Shown here piece by piece: positions 36,923 through 44,215 of a DNA stretch of 62,760 bases. The notes below the pieces were generated by a model, which was not told the DNA's origin, made no database searches, and was given only the letters and a program-made list of their open reading frames with translations. A program made the position numbers and the translations under genes. The stretch's first letter is position 1. Every line of letters starts with the position of its first letter. Origin of the DNA: an uncultured Staphylococcaceae bacterium (GTDB taxonomy: Bacteria; Bacillota_I; Bacilli_A; RFN20; CAG-826); assembly GCA_964369015.1 (NCBI GenBank), contig CAYJDS010000001.1:1-62760 (forward strand), in the 5' to 3' direction.

Positions 36923-39170
36923 ACTTTGTTTTCTTTTTCTTAATTATTAAAGTAGCATTAAAAGTAATTACTAAGAAGCTGATTAAGCCGTAAATTACTG
37001 CATTATTGTTACTATTGACAATGTTATTAGAAGGTTCTAGATATTCATTATTTGCTAAATAAGGTTTACTATCTCCTCGGTGTGTTGCCCAAGCTAGATA
37101 GCGGGCGCGACCCGTAACTAAACGGGGTTCCGTTCCTGTTTCAAAATAATATCTTTGCCCGTGACTAACTAGTACTTCAACGCCTAAATCATTTTCTTCA
37201 TAAATTGAATCGCTCAAATTAAGCACTTTTTCTTTAAAGATTGGATATTGAACATAACATTGATTAGGTGTATCCCCAAGACCCATAATACTTAAGGCAA
37301 CACTAATAGCACTGTTAGCGGGAGAAGGATCTGCAAGCACATAATCTTGACTGTTATCACGAAGTTTGCTTGGTATTCCAACATTGAATTTACGGGTTAA
37401 TGATTTATATGCTGTTGCGCTCGGTGCTTTTGTCCCTAATACTTCACTACTTGATCCTCCACCCACAAAATCGATAACGTCATCCGTTTCGCTTACATTG
37501 TCGGGAACTAATTTAGTCGTACTATTAACTAATGCTATTTTAAAATTTGCTACAGCAAAATTAGTATTTCCACTACTATCTCCTTGAGGTGTTTCTAATA
37601 TTTGCTCTGTAGTATTTGTTCCGCCTAATTTTACTAAATAATATGATTTTGCAGCAATTTCACCGCTTAATTGGAAAACATTCCAAGCAGATCCGGCTCC
37701 AGGGGCGGCTTGCTGAACTGACTTACCAGTTAAAGATATTGACTGTTCATTATGATTGTATATTTCAATATAATCATGGGTATAAATTGCATTATTATTT
37801 CCGCCAGAACCATATACTTCACTGATAAAGAGAAGGTCCGAGAGTGACTTAGTGTCAATGGTTATCGTAAAACTAGCGGTTTTTGTCTCATAGCCATGAG
37901 TTAAACTAACCTCAACTTCTCTACTACCTGATACGTTCAAAAGTGTATTATTTGGCAGGTCTAAAGAAAAATTCTTTGTTTTTCTACTTTCACCATTAGC
38001 GTAATTAGCAGTAACCACTAAACCTTGAGAACTAAACTTTTCGCCTTTTAAGTATGCTGTTTTAACATTTGTGGTATCAAGACTAATACTTGAGAGCAAT
38101 ATGTCTTTAAACGGGTCATTGTTGGTACCAACGCTTGATGTTTGAGAAGCGTTAGAGGCCCCACTTCCCGAGTAACTTGAATCATAAGCAATTCGGGCCC
38201 ACTGCGGATAGTCAATAAATGGATTGCGATTTAATTGATAATTATTATAAATAAGATTATTCCGATGAATTTCAAATTCGTCAACTGGATCTAATTCATT
38301 CCATTCTAGTAATGTTTCTAAGTCTCCTGCTTTGCCTGTCAATGACATTGAACCCGTAACAGGACTTGGTAACCCATCAACAAGTTCGAGTTTTGGATGA
38401 AGAACATCAATATATTCATAATAGCGCGCTGGCATATAAAACATTGCTCGCGCAATATCACCTTTATATTCGTCATTTGGTTCAAACACTAATTGCCCTT
38501 TATCCTCAAGCCGTCCAGTTCTCCCGCCATTTATGCCGTATGAGGTCTCTCTTTCTTTGATGTCAAGAAGAGGCACAGCGTAATGATTATTACTGTGGGC
38601 GTGTTGATTAATTTTTGGATCTGCTGCCCAAAGGGCGTGAAAGTCGCTTCCCGCTCCGCCGTCTCGCCCAAAACCACCCAGTGATTGTGGCCAAATATGT
38701 TCTTTGTCAAAAGTAACACTAGTGGTAGAGCCTTCTTTATAAAAACGTGCTGCGGTTTCACTGTCTCCGTTATAATCACCATAAAGAAGACGTAAGTAGC
38801 CATTATCATTTCTATAATCAAAACCATTTAAGTTAGCAGGAGCGAGGTAATCCATGTCCCAATCACGTTCAATTATTTTGTATATTTCTCGATCATTCGT
38901 GGAGTCATAATCATACTCATGATGATTTTTGATTGTCTCATAAAGAAACGATAATAAAGCGTCTCCTTTCTTCCCTTCAACACCACTATAATAAGTACTA
39001 ACACTAGCGTCGTTTAAGTCCTCTACATTAATGTTTGTTGGTCGCCCTCCCCTTATTGGGGTATATGCTTCATCGCTACTAACTGAAATAATATTGTCCT
39101 TTTCTTTAACAATAAAATATCCAGTAGCAAGGAAGGTTATTAAAGCGATAAGTTTAATCTTTTTCTTCAT
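36921..39170 (-). CDS. Membrane-anchored extracellular nuclease: Endonuclease I domain + Ig-like domain + lamin-tail (LTD) domain + C-terminal TM
   Basis: Endonuclease I motifs EHIWPQSLGG, DFHALWAADPKINQHAHSN, NPFIDYP. LTD-like ISEVYGSGG...DYIEIYN...ISLTG. N-terminal signal anchor and a C-terminal hydrophobic helix plus KKKKTK. Confidence 0.8.
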   Translation of the reverse strand: MKKKIKLIALITFLATGYFIVKEKDNIISVSSDEAYTPIRGGRPTNINVEDLNDASVSTYYSGVEGKKGDALLSFLYETIKNHHEYDYDSTNDREIYKIIERDWDMDYLAPANLNGFDYRNDNGYLRLLYGDYNGDSETAARFYKEGSTTSVTFDKEHIWPQSLGGFGRDGGAGSDFHALWAADPKINQHAHSNNHYAVPLLDIKERETSYGINGGRTGRLEDKGQLVFEPNDEYKGDIARAMFYMPARYYEYIDVLHPKLELVDGLPSPVTGSMSLTGKAGDLETLLEWNELDPVDEFEIHRNNLIYNNYQLNRNPFIDYPQWARIAYDSSYSGSGASNASQTSSVGTNNDPFKDILLSSISLDTTNVKTAYLKGEKFSSQGLVVTANYANGESRKTKNFSLDLPNNTLLNVSGSREVEVSLTHGYETKTASFTITIDTKSLSDLLFISEVYGSGGNNNAIYTHDYIEIYNHNEQSISLTGKSVQQAAPGAGSAWNVFQLSGEIAAKSYYLVKLGGTNTTEQILETPQGDSSGNTNFAVANFKIALVNSTTKLVPDNVSETDDVIDFVGGGSSSEVLGTKAPSATAYKSLTRKFNVGIPSKLRDNSQDYVLADPSPANSAISVALSIMGLGDTPNQCYVQYPIFKEKVLNLSDSIYEENDLGVEVLVSHGQRYYFETGTEPRLVTGRARYLAWATHRGDSKPYLANNEYLEPSNNIVNSNNNAVIYGLISFLVITFNATLIIKKKKTK

Positions 39171-39280
39171 GTTTTTTTCCTGTTTTTTGTTTCTTGTTAA
39201 TGTTTATTATAACAATTAAGTTATAAATAGTATAATTTAGTAGTCCTGTTACTAATTTGCTGCAGGAAAAGGTGTATTTA

Positions 39281-40618
39281 ATGACAAGTTTTTTAAGTAG
39301 AAAGAATAAAACAAAAAAGGGTGTTTCTCCCTTTGTTTTGATTGTTTTCTCTTTTCTTTTACTTATAATTCTTGGCGCACTTCTTTTTCTTTTACCCTTT
39401 GCCACTAAAACTAGAGATGGTGTTCCTTTTTTAGATGCATTTTTTCTTGCGACTTCCGCAGTTACAATTAGTGGGCTAGTCCCGACGACTGATATTGTTT
39501 CAACACTAAGTACTTTTGGTGTTATTGTTCTTATGCTTCTTGTTCAAATCGGCGGGTTAGGCGTTGTAACCATTGGCGTCTTTGTCCTTTCCCTTCTTGG
39601 TGGAAAACTTGGCGTTAGTGATAAAGTGTTACTAAAAGAGAATTTTAATTCTTCTTCCTTAAAAGGCATAACAACACTGCTTAAAAAAATTGTTACAACC
39701 ACGCTTATTATTGAATTTATCGGCTTTATGGCTAATCTTTTTGTCTTTGTTCCAGTTTTACCTGCTGGCGAGGCAATCGTGGCGAGTTTATTTCACGCAA
39801 TCAACGCTTTTAATAATGCCGGTTTCACTAATTTATTTGATGTAACTCGCATTAATTATGATTCAAGTGTGTTATTAACAATTAATACCTTAATCCTTGT
39901 CATCCTTGGCGGACTTGGTTTTATCGTTATCTTTGACCTTACCTCCACCCGGCGCTGGAAAGAAATAAAGCGCCACACTAAGATTGTTTTAGGGATGAGT
40001 CTCTTCTTATGGCTAAGCGGCACGCTGCTGCTTTTCCTTGGCCAAGTAAAAAGTGACTTCTTGCCCCTTCAAGACGCACTCTTTCTTTCAATTACTGCCC
40101 GGACCGCGGGCATTCACACGACCGACTTAAACACGCTCTCTTCCTTCTCCCTTCTTGTCTTAATTTCATTAATGTTTGTCGGCGGTTCTCCAACGTCCAC
40201 TGCCGGGGGACTAAAAACAACCACCCTCTTTACTTTAGTAAAGACAATTACTAGTGAAGCAAAGGGAATTGAGGTCACAACCCAAAAACGGCAAATTAGT
40301 CACACTTCAATTAATAAAGCTTTTGTGCTTTTTATTCTCTTAATTAGCCTTATCTTTAGCGGAACACTCTTAGTTTTACTTTTTGATGATCTCTCGCTTG
40401 GTAATGCTCTTTTTAATGTCGTTTCAGCGACGTCTAATACTGGTTTTAGTCTTACGCCACTTGAAAATTTAAGTCACGGTACGCACGCCGTCTTAATAAT
40501 TTTAATGTTTATTGGTCGGGTTGGCCCCTTAACCCTTCTAGCCTTATTTAACCGGCGGAAGTTAAAAATAGGCAATCCACCCATTAGTTACTTAGAAGAA
40601 ACAATTATAATAGGATAA
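39281..40618 (+). CDS. ktrB: K+ uptake membrane subunit (KtrB/TrkH family)
   Basis: Start set at MTSFL (39281). Repeated selectivity-filter-like GGxG/TAG segments (QIGGLG, NNAGF, ARTAGI, SNTGFS). Confidence 0.85.
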   Translation: MTSFLSRKNKTKKGVSPFVLIVFSFLLLIILGALLFLLPFATKTRDGVPFLDAFFLATSAVTISGLVPTTDIVSTLSTFGVIVLMLLVQIGGLGVVTIGVFVLSLLGGKLGVSDKVLLKENFNSSSLKGITTLLKKIVTTTLIIEFIGFMANLFVFVPVLPAGEAIVASLFHAINAFNNAGFTNLFDVTRINYDSSVLLTINTLILVILGGLGFIVIFDLTSTRRWKEIKRHTKIVLGMSLFLWLSGTLLLFLGQVKSDFLPLQDALFLSITARTAGIHTTDLNTLSSFSLLVLISLMFVGGSPTSTAGGLKTTTLFTLVKTITSEAKGIEVTTQKRQISHTSINKAFVLFILLISLIFSGTLLVLLFDDLSLGNALFNVVSATSNTGFSLTPLENLSHGTHAVLIILMFIGRVGPLTLLALFNRRKLKIGNPPISYLEETIIIG

Positions 40619-40630
40619 GGGAGAAAAGTT

Positions 40631-41296
40631 ATGAAAAAAAGTATTGCTATTATTGGTCTTAGTCGCTTTGGACTTAGCCTAGTGGAATCATTTAGTAAAC
40701 TTGACGTTGAAGTCGTTGCTATTGATACCGAAGAGGAACAAGTAAGAAAAGCCGGCGAATTCATTCAAAACGCTTTTATCGCGGACTCAACAAACTTAGA
40801 GTCACTTTTAGCCGCGGGCATTGAAAACGTTGATCACGCAATCGTTGCAATTGGGCAAAACGAACGAAAGAACTTAACGACAAGTATTATTTCGGTTATT
40901 AAACTAAAAGAGTTAGGGATTAAAGAAATTACTGCGCGCGCCGACGAAGAAGATTACGCTGAAGTTTTACGCCTAGTTGGGGCCACAAAGATTGTAATGC
41001 CACTGACAATTGCCGCACAGTACGCTGCTAATAAAATTGCCGCCGGTAATGTCCTTGATTACTTTAATGTTAGTAAAGATTACGATATTTTTGAAGTTAA
41101 GGTTGGTCAAGCCTTTAAAGCCACTCCGTTAAGGGAGTTAGATTTAAGAATTAAATATCGTTCAAATATTCTTCTCCTGGAACGCGGTAAAAGTGTCCAA
41201 ATTCCAAATAAAGATACCGTGATTGAGCCCGGAGATGAAATCTTTATCTTTGGGAAGAAAAATGACGTTTCTAAAGTCATTGCGCTTTTTAATTAA
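40631..41296 (+). CDS. ktrA: K+ uptake peripheral RCK subunit (KtrA/TrkA-N + C)
   Basis: Rossmann IAIIGLSRFG. 221 aa. Immediately downstream of ktrB. Confidence 0.85.
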   Translation: MKKSIAIIGLSRFGLSLVESFSKLDVEVVAIDTEEEQVRKAGEFIQNAFIADSTNLESLLAAGIENVDHAIVAIGQNERKNLTTSIISVIKLKELGIKEITARADEEDYAEVLRLVGATKIVMPLTIAAQYAANKIAAGNVLDYFNVSKDYDIFEVKVGQAFKATPLRELDLRIKYRSNILLLERGKSVQIPNKDTVIEPGDEIFIFGKKNDVSKVIALFN

Positions 41297-41364
41297 CACT
41301 TCTTCTTAGTATTTGTCACTATTACTTTATTTTCTTCTTCAAAACGAATAAAATAGAGTCTCTT

Positions 41365-41441
41365 GCCCTGGTAGTTCAGATGGATAGAGCAACAGCCTTC
41401 GAAGCTGTGTGTCGGGCGTTCGAGTCGCTCCCAGGGTGCCA
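41365..41441 (+). tRNA. tRNA-Arg (anticodon TCG), CCA encoded
   Basis: GCCCTGGTAGTTCAGATGGATAGAGCAACAGCCTTCGAAGCTGTGTGTCGGGCGTTCGAGTCGCTCCCAGGGTGCCA. Anticodon loop CTTCGAA. Confidence 0.9.
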
Positions 41442-41452
41442 TGTTAAACACA

Positions 41453-41480
41453 AATGCCGCTATTAAAGGTGGCATTTTTT
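41453..41480 (+). terminator. Terminator after tRNA-Arg
   Basis: AATGCCGC / GTGGCATT stem (one G-U pair), followed by T6. Confidence 0.55.
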
Positions 41481-41495
41481 ATAATACTTAGATAA

Positions 41496-41504
41496 TGCTA
41501 TAAT
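41496..41504 (+). promoter_or_regulatory. Extended -10 promoter TGcTATAAT for the ABC-F leader
   Basis: TG at 41496-41497 and TATAAT at 41499-41504. Confidence 0.45.
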
Positions 41505-41534
41505 TCAAATAGCAAAAAGAAAGGACGAGGGAGC

Positions 41535-41607
41535 ATGTACATTATTTAATCGGGCACACTAAATACCAACTTTTAGTGGCCAAACGAAACTAACCAAATC
41601 ACTAAAA
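41535..41607 (+). promoter_or_regulatory. Leader: 4-codon uORF (MYII, 41535-41549) plus three mutually exclusive pairing segments ending at the ABC-F SD
   Basis: Segment A is 41553-41563 (GGCaCACTAAA), B is 41571-41581 (TTTTAGTGGCC), C is 41599-41607 (TCACTAAAA). A:B gives 10 bp with one bulge. B:C gives 8 bp and abuts AAGGAG at 41606-41611. Confidence 0.45.
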
Positions 41608-41620
41608 GGAGACATTTTTT

Positions 41621-43132
41621 ATGTTAAGCATTAAAGAGCTTTCGATTAAAGATTATCAACATGACATCATCCTCGTCAACAACTTATCATTTACTCTAAA
41701 AGAAAACGACAAAATCGCCATTATTGGGAGTGAAGGAAGCGGTAAGTCAACCTTATTAAAAATAATAAAAGGTTATTCTCTTCCTTTTGCTTCCGTTACA
41801 GGAGAGATAATAAAGCCACCGCTTATTTTCTATTTAGAACAAAATATTAAAGACGTCTGGGGAAACTACACTGTCTTTGAATACTTAGAGATAGATAACT
41901 CTCACATATACGCACATATAAGCGAAATAAGCAAGTTTTGCATTGCTTTTGACATAAATTACGATCAAATCATAGGTCAACAAATTAACACCCTATCTGG
42001 CGGAGAAGCAGTAAAAATCGGCCTTATCAAAGCACTAATTACTGAACCCGATATTCTTCTCCTCGACGAACCATCCAACGACCTTGATTTTAAAACACTG
42101 CTTTTCTTAGAATTATTTTTGCAGGGGACAACAATTCCGACGCTTTTTATTTCGCATGACCAACGCTTACTCGAAAACGTCGCGACTGGGATTATTCATC
42201 TCCAACAAGTACAAAGGAAATCTAAAGCAAAAAGTATATTTTTAAACATTGACTATCAGACATATAAAGAAAGATTTATTAATAAGTTTAATAGTGACCT
42301 CCTTATTGCCCGGAAACAACGCGCGGATTACGATAAGAAAATGGAAAAATTCCGTCAAATCTACCAAAGTGTGGAATACGCCCAAAATCAAGCCGTAAGA
42401 GACCCGACAACTGGAAGACTCTTAAAGAAACGAATGCATGTTTTGAAGTCACAAGAAAAACGTTACGCTAAGGAAAAAGAGGAGTTCGTAGAAATTCCAG
42501 TAAAAGAAGAACCAATGAATATATTCTTTCAAAACACGGTTAAAACGAACAAAAACAAACGAATTCTTGATTTAGACATCAAAGACTTTATCTTAAAAAA
42601 CAGTAACATAATAAAAGAAGTAAAACTCACAGTATTTGGCCAGGATAAACTTGTTATAACGGGCAATAACGGCAGCGGAAAAACCACCCTCCTTGAATTT
42701 ATTTATCATCATTTAAAAAATAATGGTCTTAAAGTTGGCTACCTTTCGCAAGATTATTTAAAAGTCTTGAATGTTAATCAAAGTCCAGTGGAATATTTAT
42801 TAGAAAACCAAATTACCTTTAACGAATCGCGGATTAGACAAATACTTGGCACACTCGGACTTAAAACTGAAGAGAGTCTCAAAAGGATTAAAGACTTAAG
42901 TGAAGGCACTAAACTAAAAGTGTTATTACTTCTGCTTTCCGCAAATGACTATGAAGTAATTTTACTAGATGAACCAACTAGAAACATATCACCGCTTAAT
43001 CAAGACGAAATATATCACTTGTTTGCTAGCTTTAACGGCGCGCTTATTGCCGTATCACACGACCGAACCTTTATTGAAAGTGTCTTTGATGAGATCTACG
43101 AATTAACCGCAGAGCGACTAATTAAAAGCTAA
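41621..43132 (+). CDS. ABC-F family ATPase (two NBDs, no TM domain); possible ribosome-protection type
   Basis: Two Walker A motifs (GSEGSGKST, GNNGSGKTT) and two signature-like motifs (LSGGEAVK, LSEGTKLK). A charged interdomain linker. 503 aa. Confidence 0.85.
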   Translation: MLSIKELSIKDYQHDIILVNNLSFTLKENDKIAIIGSEGSGKSTLLKIIKGYSLPFASVTGEIIKPPLIFYLEQNIKDVWGNYTVFEYLEIDNSHIYAHISEISKFCIAFDINYDQIIGQQINTLSGGEAVKIGLIKALITEPDILLLDEPSNDLDFKTLLFLELFLQGTTIPTLFISHDQRLLENVATGIIHLQQVQRKSKAKSIFLNIDYQTYKERFINKFNSDLLIARKQRADYDKKMEKFRQIYQSVEYAQNQAVRDPTTGRLLKKRMHVLKSQEKRYAKEKEEFVEIPVKEEPMNIFFQNTVKTNKNKRILDLDIKDFILKNSNIIKEVKLTVFGQDKLVITGNNGSGKTTLLEFIYHHLKNNGLKVGYLSQDYLKVLNVNQSPVEYLLENQITFNESRIRQILGTLGLKTEESLKRIKDLSEGTKLKVLLLLLSANDYEVILLDEPTRNISPLNQDEIYHLFASFNGALIAVSHDRTFIESVFDEIYELTAERLIKS

Positions 43133-43397
43133 ACTTCTATTTCGCTCTCTAGCATAGTATTTAAACCACTGTAATAATTTCAAGCCACAGTGGTTGATTG
43201 ATTTATTATGTCAATTGCTCGAGCGCTTAATGCTTCCATTTTAAGAAAGGATTTAAAATTATAAATCCCGCTGAGCAAAGTCAATAATAAGAAGAAGAAT
43301 AAAACTGTTTTTTGTGCATTTATATAAAAAAAACTCCCTTTCTGGTGGGTATTCCTATTATACCCTCTCCAAGATTTGGAAGCTAACTCATAAAAAA

Positions 43398-43473
43398 TGG
43401 TGCCGACGAGAGGAATTGAACCCCCAACCTACTGATTACGATTCAGTTGCTCTACCAATTGAGCTACGTCGGC
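43398..43473 (-). tRNA. tRNA-Thr (anticodon CGT), CCA encoded
   Basis: Reverse complement GCCGACGTAGCTCAATTGGTAGAGCAACTGAATCGTAATCAGTAGGTTGGGGGTTCAATTCCTCTCGTCGGCACCA. Anticodon loop ATCGTAA. Confidence 0.85.
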
Positions 43474-43539
43474 GACTCTTGGTAATAAATAAAACATTTT
43501 ATTTACTTTCCTTTGAGTAACATTAATAATATCACATTA

Positions 43540-44121
43540 TTAACTTAAGTCTTTAATAATGTTAGCAATTTCTATTTCCGCTTGGGCCATATTTGTAAAA
43601 ACAACCCCGCCCATGCCAACACTCTCGGCTGCTTTTATATTTACGGGATTATCGTCAATCATAATCGCAACCGTGTAAGGAACATTGATTGTCTTTAAAA
43701 CATGCAAAAATATTTCTTTACTTGGTTTAGCAATATGCAAAGCCGCGGAAATATAAATTTTCGAAAATAGTGAATTAAGCTCATACTTTTCTAAAAGTGG
43801 CGTAATGTAGTTTACCCCCGCATTACTAAGGAGGGCGAAGTAATATTTATCTTGGTTATTTTTAATGAAGTTAAATGTATCTTGTTTTAACTCGCCGATT
43901 TCATTCCATTCTTGTTCGATTTCACTAGCAGGGATCCCGCTTCTTTCTTCAAGTATTTTAAAACAGTCCGCTGAGGTTATCCGTCCTTCATCAACCGCGA
44001 CAAAGGTGGTGTTAATTATTTCGAGACTTTCTGCTCGACTCATATGCCGGGCGAGCCAAATATAGGCTACTTCTTCAACAACAACCCCAAAGCAATCAAA
44101 GACTAAGAGTGGTTTTTTCAT
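43540..44121 (-). CDS. HAD-superfamily hydrolase (subfamily IA-like)
   Basis: Motif I LVFDCFGVV, motif III-like K at HIAKP, motif IV MIDDNPVN. Confidence 0.7.
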   Translation of the reverse strand: MKKPLLVFDCFGVVVEEVAYIWLARHMSRAESLEIINTTFVAVDEGRITSADCFKILEERSGIPASEIEQEWNEIGELKQDTFNFIKNNQDKYYFALLSNAGVNYITPLLEKYELNSLFSKIYISAALHIAKPSKEIFLHVLKTINVPYTVAIMIDDNPVNIKAAESVGMGGVVFTNMAQAEIEIANIIKDLS

Positions 44122-44215
44122 AAGTGCTTTTTTCCTCCAAATTAATATTTTATTAATTAATACAAATATTAGTATAATGTATTTAGGTAGTAATTAAGTG
44201 TAAAGGGGACAATTT

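Noticed and set aside
39171-39280. Possible c-di-AMP (ydaO-type) riboswitch upstream of ktrBA
   Set aside because: Only about 110 nt are available and I could not recognise the conserved pseudo-twofold ydaO motifs. Only short generic hairpins are present. A covariance-model scan (Rfam ydaO-yuaA) would settle it.
39154-39405. 83-aa minus-strand ORF across the nuclease/ktrB divergent promoter
   Set aside because: It overlaps the ktrB N-terminus and the intergenic region. It is low-complexity Lys-rich and has no RBS.
41293-41475. 60-aa minus-strand ORF
   Set aside because: It is antisense to tRNA-Arg (41365-41441). The ORF exists only because the tRNA sequence is stop-free.
43150-43397. Possible small RNA between the ABC-F gene and tRNA-Thr (hairpins AACCACTGT/ACAGTGGTT at ~43168-43200 and GGGTAT/ATACCC at ~43349-43367)
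   Set aside because: The hairpins are explicable as the ABC-F terminator region and tRNA-Thr 3' flank. No promoter or conserved motif (SRP, RNase P, tmRNA, 6S) was recognised. This needs RNA-seq or covariance-model scans.
43314-43520. 68-aa plus-strand ORF
   Set aside because: It overlaps the minus-strand tRNA-Thr (43398-43473), so it is spurious.
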